Position numbers and translations under genes: made by a program
The notes under the pieces: generated by a model
What the model was told of the DNA's origin: nothing
Database searches by the model: none
What the model saw: the letters and a program-made list of their open reading frames with translations, nothing else
Part shown: positions 7,980 through 16,883 of the stretch, piece by piece
Layout: the number at the start of each line of letters is the position of its first letter
Numbering within the stretch: the first letter of the stretch is position 1
Assembly (NCBI GenBank): GCA_021815205.1
Contig: JAKAHD010000002.1
Coordinates: 45,538-109,537 of the forward strand
Source: a bacterium
Lineage (GTDB): Bacteria; Patescibacteriota; Minisyncoccia; UBA6257; GWB1-50-10
DNA: 64,000 bases
Direction: 5' to 3'

Positions 7980-9329
7980 TCACTCTCCGAGCGTCGTTTG
8001 CACGAAGCTCCCATCGCGCTTCATTGCGTAGATTGTGTTTCCTTCCGGAAACACCTTCTTAATCGCACTGCTTATAATCGAGATGTTTTGGGGCGTTCTG
8101 TTGTCGAGTTCGGCGAGTGCGGCGCCCTTCGTGCCGAGCACAAGGCCGTAGTCGGGAAAGCTCGGAAGCCAGAAAAACTCGCGGGGTGTTCCGAGCGAAT
8201 CAGGGAGCTCAATGCTCCACTCGGCGCCCTGGAGCACGTCGGTATCGCTGTGGTAATCTTTGAGGGCGAGCATGCGAAGCGAGCCGTCGGTTCCAAGGAG
8301 TGCGAGTCGTTCCTCTCCGGGCGAGAGGAAGAATGACTGCACGCCATGCGCAAGGAGATTGATGGTATGGGAGCTTCGGTCGTAGCGGGAGAGATCGCCG
8401 TTCTTCTTGAGCAGGAAGATTTCGTTGCCGCCCGGATTCGTCTCAAGTTTTGTGGTGTTCACGGCGCCGAGAGCGTACTCGTTCGTGGTCTGAAGAAGCA
8501 GGTTGAATACGAGAAGCTTCCCTTCGTCGTTCACGAGAAACACCTCGTTTTCGGATGTGGTCGCCGCGACGATGTGCGGGAAATTCGAAAGGAGATCAAT
8601 TCGCGTCCGCCGCAAGTCGAGAAGATACAAGCCGTTCGAAGTAGTAAGAAGCAACCTCCCCGCGCTAAAAGGGTGGAAGAGAATCCGGGTGATAGGCCCC
8701 GCCGCACTTTTTGCGGTGCGCCCGGAGAGAGAGGCAAAAAGCGAAGAAATATTCGTACTGCTCGCGGGGTTCTGGAGGTCGGTAAAGAAGTAGTTTTTTC
8801 CCTCGCTCGAGATGAGGTAGTTCGAGTCTTTATCGCTTACCGCGACGTTCGTTCCGCGGAGTGTCGTACCGTCGAAATGGAGCGAGCGCTTCGCGTCGCT
8901 CGTTACGGCGCCGCTTTGGGTGAGCCAGAAATCGGAGATGGGGTCTTTCGCGACCTCGGTGAAGCTGAATGTTGCGGGCCACAGTGTGATACGCGCCGCC
9001 GCGGTGACAATTCCCGATTTTACGGCGAGATCCTTCGTCCATGAATCATATCCATTTTTTGCGAGTACGAGATGATACGCGCCCGGTTTGAGGTCGGTGA
9101 TAAGTACGCCGGGAATCACGAATCCCTGCGATGCGTCTTCCAACACCCCATTCAAGGTAAGTGAAGCGTCGGTGGGATTGAACTTTAAGAAGAGCGCGCC
9201 AGTTTTCACGAATCTGAAATTGTTCGCGTCAAACACAAGGCCTTGCGCGGTGAGAAGAAGATACGCGCCCACGATTACGAAGACGAGTATAAAAAAATAG
9301 AAGAGAACTCTTCGCGCAACAGTGTTCAT
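7980..9329 (-). CDS. membrane-anchored PEGA-domain protein with C-terminal beta-propeller-like repeats (hypothetical)
   Basis: Start at MNTVARRVLFYFFILVF (RR + TM); PEGA-like segment LITDLKPGAYHLVLAKNGYDSWTKDLAVKSG; + strand ORF 8346..9044 is its shadow. Confidence 0.55.
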   Translation of the reverse strand: MNTVARRVLFYFFILVFVIVGAYLLLTAQGLVFDANNFRFVKTGALFLKFNPTDASLTLNGVLEDASQGFVIPGVLITDLKPGAYHLVLAKNGYDSWTKDLAVKSGIVTAAARITLWPATFSFTEVAKDPISDFWLTQSGAVTSDAKRSLHFDGTTLRGTNVAVSDKDSNYLISSEGKNYFFTDLQNPASSTNISSLFASLSGRTAKSAAGPITRILFHPFSAGRLLLTTSNGLYLLDLRRTRIDLLSNFPHIVAATTSENEVFLVNDEGKLLVFNLLLQTTNEYALGAVNTTKLETNPGGNEIFLLKKNGDLSRYDRSSHTINLLAHGVQSFFLSPGEERLALLGTDGSLRMLALKDYHSDTDVLQGAEWSIELPDSLGTPREFFWLPSFPDYGLVLGTKGAALAELDNRTPQNISIISSAIKKVFPEGNTIYAMKRDGSFVQTTLGE

Positions 9330-9664
9330 GCCTATAGTATGGTACGCATGAGGAGCGATATTTTCAAGGCAAGGATGCATAAGGCCACATACATATTGCA
9401 CTCGGTGAGGCCATCGCCTCACCCATGAGAATCCATTGTACATATACCGGTGTCAAAGGGATGTTGACGGTATACCGTGATGCGTTACGCTCGAAGAGGG
9501 TGAAAGAAATTTTTCTCTGCCATATCCTTAAGAAGGATGGTAAAAGTTTTATGTGTTCAAAATATGGACACAGAGAATTATCAAGAGAAGAGCTTAGATG
9601 GCTTAATGAAATTCGTCGTAAATAATCAATGGTCTAGCAAAATAAATAGCCCTCTGTAAAGATA

Positions 9665-10051
9665 TTACAAAGGGCTTTTCATTATCTCTAATATCCTCTC
9701 CCTAATTTCTTTATAGGGAGTGGATAATCTAACCGCAACAACAGGAACCTCAGGATGTTTGATTCGGTGATCCTCCACAAAATTAGGACCAGTCACCGAA
9801 AGAGGAATAAACTTATACCTCTTATCAACGAAAATAACATAAAAATCTATTCCGTTAATCACATCAGAATAACTAAAATTCCCACTGCTTACGAAATTAA
9901 CAATCTCCTTGTTATCCCTCATCTTTAAAAGAGCCTTTTCTACTTTTTGCTCTCGTATTTTCCCAATTTTCAATTTCCACCTTGGCTGGTTTTCCTTTCT
10001 CTTCAAGACGATTTCCCTCATTTGAAGAAAATTATTTGTCCTTAAAGACAT
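9665..10051 (-). CDS. hypothetical protein in AT-rich island
   Basis: 128-aa ORF (MSLRTNNFLQMREIV...) in a ~0.9-kb AT-rich segment unlike flanking DNA; no motif recognised. Confidence 0.3.
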   Translation of the reverse strand: MSLRTNNFLQMREIVLKRKENQPRWKLKIGKIREQKVEKALLKMRDNKEIVNFVSSGNFSYSDVINGIDFYVIFVDKRYKFIPLSVTGPNFVEDHRIKHPEVPVVAVRLSTPYKEIRERILEIMKSPL

Positions 10052-10103
10052 CACTACCTCCTTTAATCTATACGGGCTGATAATAAGTATAGCATGAATA
10101 AAT

Positions 10104-10171
10104 CCCGTAAGAAGCTCACACGGGGTAGTAAACCCAGCGTTCGCCACGGGGATTTCTGCTTTTCACGGGAT
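10104..10171. repeat. MITE-like element X (terminal inverted repeats cccgtRagaagc / gcttYtcacggg)
   Basis: tcccgtaagaagctcacacggggtagtaaacccagcgttcgccacggggatttctgcttttcacggga; second copy at 47103-47229 carries a nested insertion. Confidence 0.7.
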
Positions 10172-10364
10172 AAAACGAAGAAACTTGAATTCTTTCCAAA
10201 TTGAAGTTACAGTAGGGATGTTACCCCGCACATAATAAAGCGCATAAGAGAAGCCTAGGTTATATCGGGGTTACCTTGTACAATAGCCGAGTGTAGTATA
10301 AAGAGCCTTATGTGCGGGGTGCTCAATTTTATAGTTGCTCGCTCCGCTCGCAAATAAAATTGGC

Positions 10365-11375
10365 ATGTTCATCAGAAAAATAGGAATCGACCTGGGGACC
10401 ACGAACACCATCGTGTTTTTGCCCAATCGGGGGATCGTGATCAACGAGCCGACGGCGGTCGCGCTCCGCAGGCCGGGGAACAATGTGCTTGCGGTCGGTG
10501 CGGAAGCAAAGGAGATGGTGGGACGCACGCCGGACGATATCGTAACGTACCGGCCGCTGAAGGACGGAGTGATCGCGGAGTATTACATCACGCAGGCGAT
10601 GCTCAAGTATTTCATCTCGAAGAGCGTTGGTTCTTTGAACGTGTTTCGCCCCGAGGTGGTGATCTCGGTGCCTGCGGGGATTACCTCGACGGAATACCGC
10701 GCCGTGATGAACGCCGCGAAAGAAGCGGGCGCGAAGGAGGTGTATCTCGTAAAAGAACCGCTCTTAGCCGCGCTCGGCGCGGGCATTCCGATCCACTCCG
10801 CGGAAGGAAATATGATCGTGAATATCGGCGGCGGCACGACGGAGGTTGCCGTGATTTCTTTGGGAGGCATTGTGACGTGGGCGAGCGTGCGCGTCGCGGG
10901 GAACCGTTTTGATCAGTCCATCTCGGATTATGTAAAGAAAAAGTACGGCCTCGCGATAGGGGACGCGACCGCGGAGCACGTAAAAATCTCCATCGGTACC
11001 GCGCTTCCGAACCGGGCAAAGACCGAGATGAAGATTCGCGGAAGAGATCTCGCATCGGGGCTTCCCAAAGACCTCCTCGTAAACTCGAACGAGGTGGCGG
11101 AAGCGGTGAACCCTCATCTTGTGGATATCATGAGCGCCGTCCAGTCCGTTTTCAACGTGACGCCGCCCGAACTTGCGGCGGATATCATGGAGAAGGGGAT
11201 TATTCTCTCGGGCGGCAGTGCTCAACTCCGCGATTTCGAGGAGTTCTTCAAGCGTTCGCTCGGCGTTGCGGCGTATGTCGCGGAAGAGCCCATTCTCTGT
11301 GTCGCAAAAGGCACGGCGATTATCTTGAATCACCTCGACGTGTATAAGCGTACGCTCCTCAATAAAGCCCGCTAA
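10365..11375 (+). CDS. mreB: rod shape-determining protein MreB (actin homolog), paralog 1
   Basis: [15 protein letters not shown]...NEP..VA; ATP-binding motifs; start at second Met. Confidence 0.9.
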   Translation: MFIRKIGIDLGTTNTIVFLPNRGIVINEPTAVALRRPGNNVLAVGAEAKEMVGRTPDDIVTYRPLKDGVIAEYYITQAMLKYFISKSVGSLNVFRPEVVISVPAGITSTEYRAVMNAAKEAGAKEVYLVKEPLLAALGAGIPIHSAEGNMIVNIGGGTTEVAVISLGGIVTWASVRVAGNRFDQSISDYVKKKYGLAIGDATAEHVKISIGTALPNRAKTEMKIRGRDLASGLPKDLLVNSNEVAEAVNPHLVDIMSAVQSVFNVTPPELAADIMEKGIILSGGSAQLRDFEEFFKRSLGVAAYVAEEPILCVAKGTAIILNHLDVYKRTLLNKAR

Positions 11376-11393
11376 CGACGCACTTACTTCGCA

Positions 11394-12164
11394 ATGAAAT
11401 TTTTCGGAAACGAAACTATTATTACGGCATTCCTTGCGGGAATACGCGAAGGAACGCTTGCACACGCGTATCTTTTGTACGGCGAAAAGGGGATAGGGAA
11501 GACCACATGCGCGCAGTATATTGCTCGCCTGCTCGAATCGGATGGCGCGGAGCATTCTCTTGCGCCGCTTCTTGATGTCTACACGCTTCTTCCCGAAGAA
11601 GGAAAAACGATGATCGGTGTGGACGCCGCGCGCGCCGTGAAGGCGTTTCTCTCGGAGAAACCCTTGCGGTCCACGAAGCGCACGGTGATTATTCCCGACG
11701 CGGAACTTCTTACGGACGAAGCGCAGGGCGCGCTTCTCAAGATCGTGGAAGAACCCCCCGCATCCGCGCTGATCTTCTTTATAGCCCAGGATCCGCAGAC
11801 GCTCACCCCGCCGCTTCGCTCCCGCCTTCAGAAGGTATATATGAGAAAGATGCCAAAAGAGCGGATCGCGGAAATTTTAACGGAAGAGTACGGCGTCGAA
11901 AAAAAGACGGCAATACTCCGCGCGGCTCGTTCATTCGGGCGACTCGGAGAAGCGCTCCGCGCGGAAGAAAAAAAAGAAGAGACGAGTGACGACGTATATT
12001 CGTTCCTCGAGCGCACAATCGTGTCGCTCTGGGAGAAGGATAAGCGGAAGTACGCACCGCTCTTACGGACGCTCCTGCTTCGTGAATCGCTTATTACGCG
12101 CTATACTGTAAATGCGAACCTGCAGAAAAAGGCGATAGAAGAAATTGTACACGATGCATTGTAG
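11394..12164 (+). CDS. holB: DNA polymerase III delta' subunit (clamp-loader AAA+), short form
   Basis: AHAYLLYGEKGIGKTT P-loop-like; box VIIPDAELLTDEAQGALLKIVEEPP...LRSRLQ. Confidence 0.75.
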   Translation: MKFFGNETIITAFLAGIREGTLAHAYLLYGEKGIGKTTCAQYIARLLESDGAEHSLAPLLDVYTLLPEEGKTMIGVDAARAVKAFLSEKPLRSTKRTVIIPDAELLTDEAQGALLKIVEEPPASALIFFIAQDPQTLTPPLRSRLQKVYMRKMPKERIAEILTEEYGVEKKTAILRAARSFGRLGEALRAEEKKEETSDDVYSFLERTIVSLWEKDKRKYAPLLRTLLLRESLITRYTVNANLQKKAIEEIVHDAL

Positions 12165-12171
12165 TATACCG

Positions 12172-12250
12172 TCATCCTGAATCTGCCACAGGCGGATGAA
12201 GGATCTGTTCAGCAAGAAAGAGATTCTTCTCCGCCAAGGGCGGATCAGAA
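12172..12250. repeat. MITE-like element W (gtcatcctgaa...ctcagaatgac family)
   Basis: gtcatcctgaatctgccacaggcggatgaaggatct...gagattcttctccgccaagggcggatcagaa; copies at 33310-33382, 53355-53402, fragment 24256-24280. Confidence 0.6.
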
Positions 12251-12279
12251 ACACGAGGGGTTTTGATAATTGAAACACT

Positions 12280-12828
12280 ATGGAATATCTTAATTTTATA
12301 AAAGAAAAGGGAAACGCAGTCATCGAAGATCTGAAGAAAGCCATGGCGGGGATACGCACGGGACGACCCTCTCCCGCGTTGCTCGAAGAAATCAAAGTTT
12401 CCTATTACGATCAGATGGTGCCGATGAAACAGGTGGGATCGATAGGAGTACAGCCCCCGCGGGAACTCTTCGTACAGGTGTGGGATAAGACCGCGATCCC
12501 CGGAATTGTAAAAGCGATCGAGACATCTTCCTTGAATGTATCGGCGAACGTTGATGGAAACGTAATACGCGTCTTCCTTCCCGAGTTGAGCGCGGAGCGG
12601 AGAGAGGAACTTATGCGGCACGCAAAGAAGATCGGCGAGGATCATCGTATCGAGATCCGCCACATCCGCGATGAAGCAATGAAACAGGTGCAGGAGGCGT
12701 TCAATGCGGGCGATTTTGGAGAGGATCAGAAATTCAAGACGAAAGAAAGCATACAGAAAGAAGTGGATCGCCTCAACAGCTTCATTGAAGAGGTTTTGGA
12801 AAAAAAGATGCAAGAGATTTCGGAATAA
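12280..12828 (+). CDS. frr: ribosome recycling factor
   Basis: RRF pattern (IRTGR..P.LL..I.V.YYG...P..Q...I...E.R.L.V...D); 182 aa. Confidence 0.95.
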   Translation: MEYLNFIKEKGNAVIEDLKKAMAGIRTGRPSPALLEEIKVSYYDQMVPMKQVGSIGVQPPRELFVQVWDKTAIPGIVKAIETSSLNVSANVDGNVIRVFLPELSAERREELMRHAKKIGEDHRIEIRHIRDEAMKQVQEAFNAGDFGEDQKFKTKESIQKEVDRLNSFIEEVLEKKMQEISE

Positions 12829-12829
12829 C

Positions 12830-13873
12830 ATGAGCACCGTTCTCATTATTATCGGCCTCGCGCTTCTTATCTTCGTGCACGAGGCGGGACACTTCGTGAG
12901 CGCGAAGCTTATGAAGATGAAGGTGGAGGAGTTTGGATTCGGATTTCCTCCGCGGCTTTGGGGGAAGAAAATAGGGGAGACACTGTATAGTGTGAACGCA
13001 CTCCCCTTCGGAGGGTTCGTGCGCCTCTTGGGCGAAGATGAGGAAACGAAGACAAAAGGAGGGTTTATGGATCAGCCGTTCCGGAGACGGATGCCGGTAC
13101 TCCTCGCCGGGGTTCTGATGAATTTCGTGATCGGGTGGTTCCTCTTCAGCGTCGTCTTTATGGCGGGCGCGCCCCGGCACCTTGCAATCGCGGATGTTTT
13201 ACCTGACTCTCCCGCGTATACCGCGGGAATAAAGAGCGGAGATATTGTGACGGAAGCGGTAATTGGGAGCGAGACGCTCAAAGATCCGATTGATGTGGCC
13301 GTATTCGTGAATGCGGTGAGGCGTTCTGCCGCGCCAAACGTAGCGCTCACGATTCTTCGCGGAAAGGACTCTCACGTACTCACGGTAACAAAACGAGTGA
13401 ACCCGCCTGCAGGCGAAGGCGCGCTCGGGGTGAGTCTCGCGGAGATCGGCATCGCGCCCCAGCCGTTCTTCGGGAGTTTTCTCTCGGGGATCGGCGAAGC
13501 ATGGAACACGGTCGTGCTCGTCGTGCAGGGACTTGTGCAGTTTATCGGCGGGTTGTTCATGAATCCCGGGGCGACCATACAGGAGGTTGCGGGTCCCGTA
13601 GGAATTGTATTCCTTGCGAGCCAGGCGGGCGCCTTGGGGTTCGTCTACTTCCTCAATCTTTTAGCGCTCATCTCGATCAATCTCGCGGTGCTGAACCTTA
13701 TCCCGTTCCCGGCACTTGACGGAGGGCGGGCGCTCTTTCTTATCATCGAGAAGATCAAGGGGAGCCCCGTCTCCAAAAAGTTGCAGATAATCGTGAACGG
13801 CGCAGGATTTGCGGTCCTCATTGCACTCATGGTACTGGTCACGATTCAGGACATTTCAAGAGTTACCCGCTAG
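12830..13873 (+). CDS. rseP: RIP zinc metalloprotease RseP (site-2 protease, M50) with one PDZ domain
   Basis: HEAGHF (HExxH) in first TM; PDZ segment; start at MSTVLIIIG directly after frr stop. Confidence 0.85.
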   Translation: MSTVLIIIGLALLIFVHEAGHFVSAKLMKMKVEEFGFGFPPRLWGKKIGETLYSVNALPFGGFVRLLGEDEETKTKGGFMDQPFRRRMPVLLAGVLMNFVIGWFLFSVVFMAGAPRHLAIADVLPDSPAYTAGIKSGDIVTEAVIGSETLKDPIDVAVFVNAVRRSAAPNVALTILRGKDSHVLTVTKRVNPPAGEGALGVSLAEIGIAPQPFFGSFLSGIGEAWNTVVLVVQGLVQFIGGLFMNPGATIQEVAGPVGIVFLASQAGALGFVYFLNLLALISINLAVLNLIPFPALDGGRALFLIIEKIKGSPVSKKLQIIVNGAGFAVLIALMVLVTIQDISRVTR

Positions 13874-13981
13874 AAGCAGATCACGCAGATAAGACGCGGA
13901 TATACGCAGAAATGTATCCGCGTGTTTCTGCGCCGCTTCAGCGTTATCTGCTTCTACGATTCGTATGTTACAATTACCGAT

Positions 13982-14986
13982 ATGACACCAAAAGGGAAGA
14001 AACAGAAGAATGAAAAAATCAGGGTGGCGGTTCTGATGGGCGGACCTTCGACGGAGCACGAGGTGTCCTTGAAAACCGGCGCGAATATCTTGGAGCACTT
14101 CGACCCCGAACAATTCGAAGCGAAAGGAGTTGTGATCAGTAAGGAGGGGAAGTGGCCCTTTGCGGTCGAGGAGCTTCCGCAGAAATTCGACGTGGCATTT
14201 ATCGCGATGCACGGAACCTACGGTGAGGACGGCACGGTGCAGGGGATTCTGGACGAGGTCTCGATCCCGTATACGGGTTCGGGGAAACTCTCGAGTGCGC
14301 TCGGGATGAATAAGTTTCTCTCACTCCGCCTCTTCAAAGATGCGGGGCTCACGATTCCCCCAACGCTCCACTTTATCCTCCGCGACTTCCCTGAGCGGGA
14401 AGAAGAGGTGATGCAAAACATTCTTTGGTATCTCGAGAAGCCCTGGGTCGTGAAGCCGAACTACGGCGGTTCGAGCGTGGGGACCGTGATCATAAATGAT
14501 AAAGAAGCGCTCCGCGACGTACTTCGCGCCGCGGCGAACGATTATAAAGATGCGCTGGTGCAGACGTGCATTCCCGGAAGGGAAGTCACGTGCGGTGTTG
14601 TGGATTACGGCACGGAGGATTCGGCGTTCGCGCTTCCGCCTACAGAGATCGTGCCGCGGGCGAGCCGCTTTTTTGATTACAAGGCGAAGTACGAGCCCGG
14701 CGGTTCGGATGAGATTACTCCCGCCCGATTTCCCGAGTCGTTCCTTAAGGAGTTCAGGAGGATTGCGCTTCTCACGCACCGGCTTACGGGATGCAGGGGA
14801 TTCTCGCGCACCGATATGATTGTGGGAAAAGATAAGAAGATATACCTCCTCGAGATCAATACGATCCCGGGGCTCACGAAAGAAAGTCTGCTCCCGAAGG
14901 CCGCGCACGTCTACGGCATCCCGTTCCAGAAACTCCTTGAGCTCCTTGTGGAATCGGCGTTCGCTTCGCATAAGAGAAAATCATAG
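13982..14986 (+). CDS. ddl: D-alanine--D-alanine ligase
   Basis: ATP-grasp; RVAVLMGG.S.EHEVSL.T; MHGTYGEDGTVQG.L; start at MTPKGKK. Confidence 0.9.
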   Translation: MTPKGKKQKNEKIRVAVLMGGPSTEHEVSLKTGANILEHFDPEQFEAKGVVISKEGKWPFAVEELPQKFDVAFIAMHGTYGEDGTVQGILDEVSIPYTGSGKLSSALGMNKFLSLRLFKDAGLTIPPTLHFILRDFPEREEEVMQNILWYLEKPWVVKPNYGGSSVGTVIINDKEALRDVLRAAANDYKDALVQTCIPGREVTCGVVDYGTEDSAFALPPTEIVPRASRFFDYKAKYEPGGSDEITPARFPESFLKEFRRIALLTHRLTGCRGFSRTDMIVGKDKKIYLLEINTIPGLTKESLLPKAAHVYGIPFQKLLELLVESAFASHKRKS

Positions 14987-15173
14987 AAAAAAAGATTTTC
15001 ACAGATGGGAGACAGATTTCCACCGAATCACAGATGCGTCGTCACCTATTACCTGTTTTGATTTGTAGTTATCCGTGAGATCTGTTTGAGGCATAATGAA
15101 TACAATACAGAAATACTGAAGCCCCAAAATACCAAAACCGTGAGCAGTATCATCACGCGGAGACCCTATGACA

Positions 15174-15197
15174 GGTGCTATGCTATAGCATAGCACC
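15174..15197. repeat. perfect 24-bp palindrome ggtgctatgctatagcatagcacc (P family)
   Basis: Exact self-complementarity; one of 7 copies in the window. Confidence 0.9.
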
Positions 15198-15213
15198 CTA
15201 GAAAAGCATGTAT

Positions 15214-15310
15214 CCCTCGCATAACGTAAGAGAAAAAAGGAGAATATAATATGATGAAAACTTCGAAAAATGAAAGAGGTCGCTTTTATAGTGAGTTATG
15301 TGAGGGATGA
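15214..15310 (+). promoter_or_regulatory. leader element V: inverted repeat sequestering RBS plus 19-aa uORF (15251..15310) coupled by ATGA to downstream gene
   Basis: ccctcgcataac(15214-25) pairs with gttatgtgaggg(15295-306); uORF MMKTSKNERGRFYSELCEG, stop TGA 15308-10 overlaps ATG 15307-09; paralogous element before mreC. Confidence 0.6.
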
Positions 15311-15948
15311 ATCAAGAACAAAGAACTTGTCAGAATTGTAAACAAAGGTTCATGATTGAACCCGACGATTTTGTGTTCTACGAGAAGATAAAGGTGCCGC
15401 CTCCGACCTTTTGCCCCGAGTGTAGGAATGTGCGGAGGATGACGTGGCGCAATGAGCGGACGCTCTATAAGCGTGCCTGCGAAAAGACGGGAAAACAGAT
15501 CATCTCCTGCTTTGCTCCGGATTCCGGGATCCATGTATACGATCGCGATATATGGTGGTCAGACGAGTGGAATCCGCTCTCATTTGGTCGAGAATACGAT
15601 TTTTTGAGGCCGTTTTTCTCCCAGTTTCGCGAGCTGCTCGGCGCAGTCCCTATGCCGGCGGTATTCAACAGCCGATGTGTGCGGACTGAGTATGCGAATC
15701 ACGGCGGCGAGCTTAAAGATTCATACCTCGTGTTTGCCTCATGGGGAGGGGAGAATCTGCTCTACAGTAGCAAGATACAAAACGGAAAAGATTCACCCGA
15801 TCTCCTTGTTGTAAGTAATTCCGAACTCTGCTACGAGGTAATGAATTCTTCAAAACACTTCCACGGCGACACGCCCTGTCCGAACGAATTTGAGACAAGC
15901 TATGCCCCCAACCGCCCTGAGATCATCTATTGTGAAAGCTGCTACTAG
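15307..15948 (+). CDS. hypothetical Cys-rich protein with N-terminal zinc-ribbon (CxxC...CxxC)
   Basis: CQNCKQRF...CPECRNV and C-terminal CPNEF...CESCY; flanked by P palindromes. Confidence 0.5.
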   Translation: MNQEQRTCQNCKQRFMIEPDDFVFYEKIKVPPPTFCPECRNVRRMTWRNERTLYKRACEKTGKQIISCFAPDSGIHVYDRDIWWSDEWNPLSFGREYDFLRPFFSQFRELLGAVPMPAVFNSRCVRTEYANHGGELKDSYLVFASWGGENLLYSSKIQNGKDSPDLLVVSNSELCYEVMNSSKHFHGDTPCPNEFETSYAPNRPEIIYCESCY

Positions 15949-15962
15949 GCGGAGGTAGTGTG

Positions 15963-15996
15963 CCATAGGTGCTATGACATGTCATAGCACCTATGG
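15963..15996. repeat. perfect 34-bp palindrome ccataggtgctatgacatgtcatagcacctatgg (P family)
   Basis: Exact self-complementarity, 15 nt after stop of 15307..15948. Confidence 0.9.
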
Positions 15997-16032
15997 TGCG
16001 TGCCATATGCGATATTGATCGGTGGAGCCCCA

Positions 16033-16262
16033 CGGCTTTACCCCCACACCATGGGCGTAAGCTCATGGTGTGAGGGTTTACAGCCGTGGCACCGCTCCAC
16101 ACGCTTCGTCGGGCGGAACCCTCCGAAGCGTATCCTCCTTCGCTCAAGCTACGGAGGATGCCCTCGTGCACCCCCGCATCTATGTATAGGTGTGGGGGTG
16201 CATCCCTGCATTTACGGGTGGGGCTTTCTCCGCTTCGCGGAGGAGGGTAGATTCAAGTATGA
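16033..16262. repeat. composite repeat C1 (contains Y-type cccccacac...gtgtggggg palindromes plus ~150-bp conserved core shared with 57375-57560)
   Basis: acggctttacccccacaccatggg...tttacagccgtggcaccgctccacacgcttcgtcgggcggaaccctccgaagcg shared with C2; second Y-like palindrome at ~16168-16203. Confidence 0.7.
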
Positions 16263-16297
16263 TAAGGGGAGGAGTATAATAAACAAAACATGAGAAT

Positions 16298-16720
16298 ATG
16301 AAAAAGAAGAAAATGCATATCTCGCTCATTTCGCATTACCCATCGCGTAAAGAATGGGAGAGCGCTTCGTGGGAGATAATTGTGCGATCTCCAGACATCC
16401 TTAACGCGCTGACTACTCCTCGCGAACGCCACGATTTAGTGATGCGCACCGCGGTAATAGAAAGAATTCATTCCGGGAAAAGCTATCGCGAGATTGGAAA
16501 AGAATTGTGGTGTTCTCCGCAGACCATAAGCAGCATCAAAAAGGCGCTTTATGAGAAAAAGTATCGAAGTTACCGAGAGCGGGGCAAAACAGAGCGGAAG
16601 AAAAGAGTGTATTCCTCGTTCTCCCGCAGAGCCGAACGAGAACCTAAGAAAAGAAAAGCGTACCGCGATTACGGTATGCCTCAATTATCGGGTATTTCAA
16701 GAAGACACCCGCTTAATTAA
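16298..16720 (+). CDS. TrpR-like (YerC/YecD family) HTH protein
   Basis: R..V...I..G.SYREIG......S..TISSIKKAL matches the YerC/YecD TrpR-like HTH pattern. Confidence 0.55.
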   Translation: MKKKKMHISLISHYPSRKEWESASWEIIVRSPDILNALTTPRERHDLVMRTAVIERIHSGKSYREIGKELWCSPQTISSIKKALYEKKYRSYRERGKTERKKRVYSSFSRRAEREPKKRKAYRDYGMPQLSGISRRHPLN

Positions 16721-16739
16721 GTACAGAAGGAAGAACAGG

Positions 16740-16767
16740 AGGGTGCTATGACATGTCATAGCACCCT
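16740..16767. repeat. perfect 28-bp palindrome agggtgctatgacatgtcatagcaccct (P family)
   Basis: Exact self-complementarity 20 nt after the stop of the TrpR-like gene. Confidence 0.9.
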
Positions 16768-16883
16768 CTATGCGTCAGAGGATGTATTTCGTTAGATTTT
16801 ACTGAGTCTCTTTCTGCTCCGAGTGCCGTATCGCTGTTTTTCGTTTTATTACCTTCTTCTCCGGGTTGTGGTATGGTTACCTT

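Noticed and set aside
9425-9625. HNH-endonuclease-like small ORF (CH...C..YGH) in the AT-rich island
   Set aside because: Only a vague Cys/His spacing, 66 aa, no full HNH motif (no conserved N/H pair or second Cys pair). Left unannotated.
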